From Nitrospirales bacterium (GTDB taxonomy: Bacteria; Nitrospirota; Nitrospiria; Nitrospirales; UBA8639), in assembly GCA_965203295.1 (NCBI GenBank), contig CBDBCZ010000014.1:416001-480000 (forward strand): DNA of 64,000 nucleotides, given 5' to 3'. Both the position numbers and the translations under genes were made by a program. Below, one piece after another: positions 1 to 64,000 of this stretch (positions are counted from its first letter, which is position 1; every line of letters begins with the position of its first letter). The notes beneath the pieces were generated by a model, which saw nothing but the letters and a program-made list of their open reading frames with translations, made no database searches and was not told where the DNA came from.

Positions 1-116
1 GCCACGCCGCTTTGCCATGTTGCAGCAGGACGTTACGATTGTGACGTGCAAAAACGGTCAATGGAGAGTACTGTACTAAACGTGCATTACGTAATCTACA
101 GTACTGAGCTACACTT

Positions 117-174
117 GACTTTAATGAGACCTGATTAGTAAAGGTGACTTTAATGAGACCTGATTAGTAAAGGT
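117..174. repeat. 29-bp tandem duplication
   Basis: GACTTTAATGAGACCTGATTAGTAAAGGT occurs twice. Confidence 0.9.
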
Positions 175-1208
175 CAACCTTGACCTACCTCCTCTGCCAT
201 GTAGCCATATTCACAGTCAATAAAGGATTGCAGCATCTCATTACATGACCCCATAACTTATCCTTGGCAGCAATATAGACTGTAGACTCAATACTGCTCA
301 CACCACCTCTTCCCCACCACAATTAATCCACACCTGCCAAGTTCAGTGCCAAAAACAAATTGCAGCTGTTCACAAAGCAGACAATCACTGTATTGCTGTC
401 CATACTGCGTATTCACAAAGCTAGTCAACACTAAACTAAACACTTGGACTCCTTCTTCGGAACCCTTAATAGCAACTACACTGTCCAATGCCAAGTAGTA
501 ACAACACAATCAACCCAATTGCCATTAAGGCTTAATATGTATATATACAGATATATTACGTAAAGTACTTTCGAAGAACGTTACAGATGCATGTCACAAT
601 CGTAACGTCCTGTCACCCCATGTAACAAACACCATAGATAGTAGTTCTACTCTACTATCTATGCAAACACTATGACACATGGTTACAAAGATTAGCAATG
701 GCAAATTGTAACAGTAATTGTCATGTTGTCCCCGCTTTGTTTTTTTTGTTGTTGGTTTTCTTGCAATTCTATCCCTACATGTTTTTAAAATACATCTGTA
801 AACAGATGAATGAAGACTGAGATGAAAGTTTTTGATTAAGCGTACATGCTTGGCTGAAAGTCATAAGAATGCTACTTTAAAAAGTCTTCATTTATGCACA
901 AGTAGGTATGACATTGTGCAGTGTATATTAATACTTGCCATACTCAACATACATAGTAAAGTGAAATCCATACACACACAGTTATAATATTTCTGAGTCA
1001 GAAGGCAGATTGTATTCTTTCCTCTATCCCTCCCAGATTATTAAAGCTCTTGCTTTCTTGTTCTCACACCTTAAATTAAAGCCCGGAATCTATTTAGTTT
1101 AATTGCTGCAGCTTAAAAGATACTTGGCTGTTCTATTCTACAATGTGGAATGAGCCAGTGGGTTAATGGATAAATAAGGTCAATAAATAATTGAGATGTT
1201 ACAGAATA

Positions 1209-1802
1209 CCGTAGACTTGGGTTATCAGGCGCATGTGCTAGTTGGGACAATAGCAACAGTATATGCGCTACATAACGAAGTACGCTACATATCGGGAGTT
1301 AAAGGTTGACCCTGCCTATTTATTGCATGATATCAATGATAGCTGTCGATGCGAAAGGTTAAAGTTCTTCGCGGCAAGGTTACGGTAGCTAGCTATAAAA
1401 ATGTGAAGCTTTGTTGATGATAGCAGATGTATGCTTACTAACTACCGGTATGGAATCACGATCAAAGAAAGCGTAGTTCGTGGCCACCACGCGAACAAAC
1501 AAGTATAGAGACCTGTTAGTGAACAGTTCCCAGTGCTAGCTGAGCTAACCAACCGCCATGACAAGCGAGTGGTAGCTATCTATCAATACAGAGAAATTGT
1601 TGGCCACGTACCCAGAGAGCTAGCTAGCTGCTAACAAGTCTCCTAGTTTCTCTTTGTGCTAGTTGCTCCACCCCATGTTTCGTTTAATTGGAACATGCAC
1701 CTTTTAACGAAGTTTTGATAGCATTGCGCCAAGAAGTGAGCATGTGCCTGATAGCGTATGTGTGCTAATTAATGAAGTACGCCTGATAACCCAAGTCTGC
1801 GG
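1209..1802 (+). mobile_element. Tc1/mariner-pogo-like MITE, family M1 (carries HIRAN-like remnant)
   Basis: TA|CCGTAGACTTGGGTTATCAGGCG ... CGCCTGATAACCCAAGTCTGCGG|TA. Confidence 0.85.
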
Positions 1803-1938
1803 TAAATTGTCTACACGTCTTTCCTTGCCTGAAACTTAATCTGTAGCGCAATTTATTAAGCAAAAAACATTTCTTTACTTCTCAGTACTCACATGTCTCT
1901 CAATGTGCTCATGAAATGGAGAACTTGCTAATGCAACC

Positions 1939-1977
1939 GCAAACAGCTATGTCAGCCTATTTGGGCCTCATCAGTGC
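1939..1977 (-). ncRNA. Degenerate minimal hammerhead-ribozyme-like motif (Penelope/retrozyme type)
   Basis: Minus strand GCA-CTGATGA-GGCC-CAAATA-GGCT-GACA-TAGCT-GTT-TGC; the core GAAA is mutated. Confidence 0.45.
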
Positions 1978-2159
1978 GCATAGAGCTGATCAGCAATTTC
2001 TAGTTGACCAGCAGCAACAGACTCAGTGTTCCATAGCTTAGGCCCGCCCCACATGTGCTGCATTGGCTAAACAGGGTACAGTCTTCTATTATACAAATTT
2101 TGACTGTGTAAAGTGACAGTTTGTTCCCATGCTGCTCTCTCCAAACATAACAAATGCAG

Positions 2160-64000
<61,841 letters not shown>

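Overview
Eukaryotic (metazoan) genomic DNA; a demosponge-like invertebrate is my inference from gene and repeat content only. The window lies inside one very large + strand gene, open at both ends, encoding a mosaic extracellular protein: a NIDO domain carrying a Ser-Gly repeat, 19 EGF/cbEGF exons and 15 two-exon SRCR domains. The SRCR domains form five repeats of a triplet whose middle domain has an unusual Tyr/Asp-rich variable loop. The introns are packed with mobile DNA. The most striking is a 7.1-kb DNA transposon (18015-25099) with TAG..CTA ends, ~90-bp hairpin TIRs and a perfect 9-bp TSD. It encodes an intact spliced RecQ-family helicase and a convergent, decayed 7-exon DUF6589-type transposase, which matches the described AcademH lineage, and it is itself interrupted by a 1.1-kb foldback element. 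Also present: TA-flanked MITEs (two carrying a HIRAN-like fragment), four Helentron/DINE-like families, LINE remnants, tRNA-derived direct repeats, hammerhead-like motifs and tandem repeats. All coordinates were read by eye and may be off by a few bases; no database searches were run.
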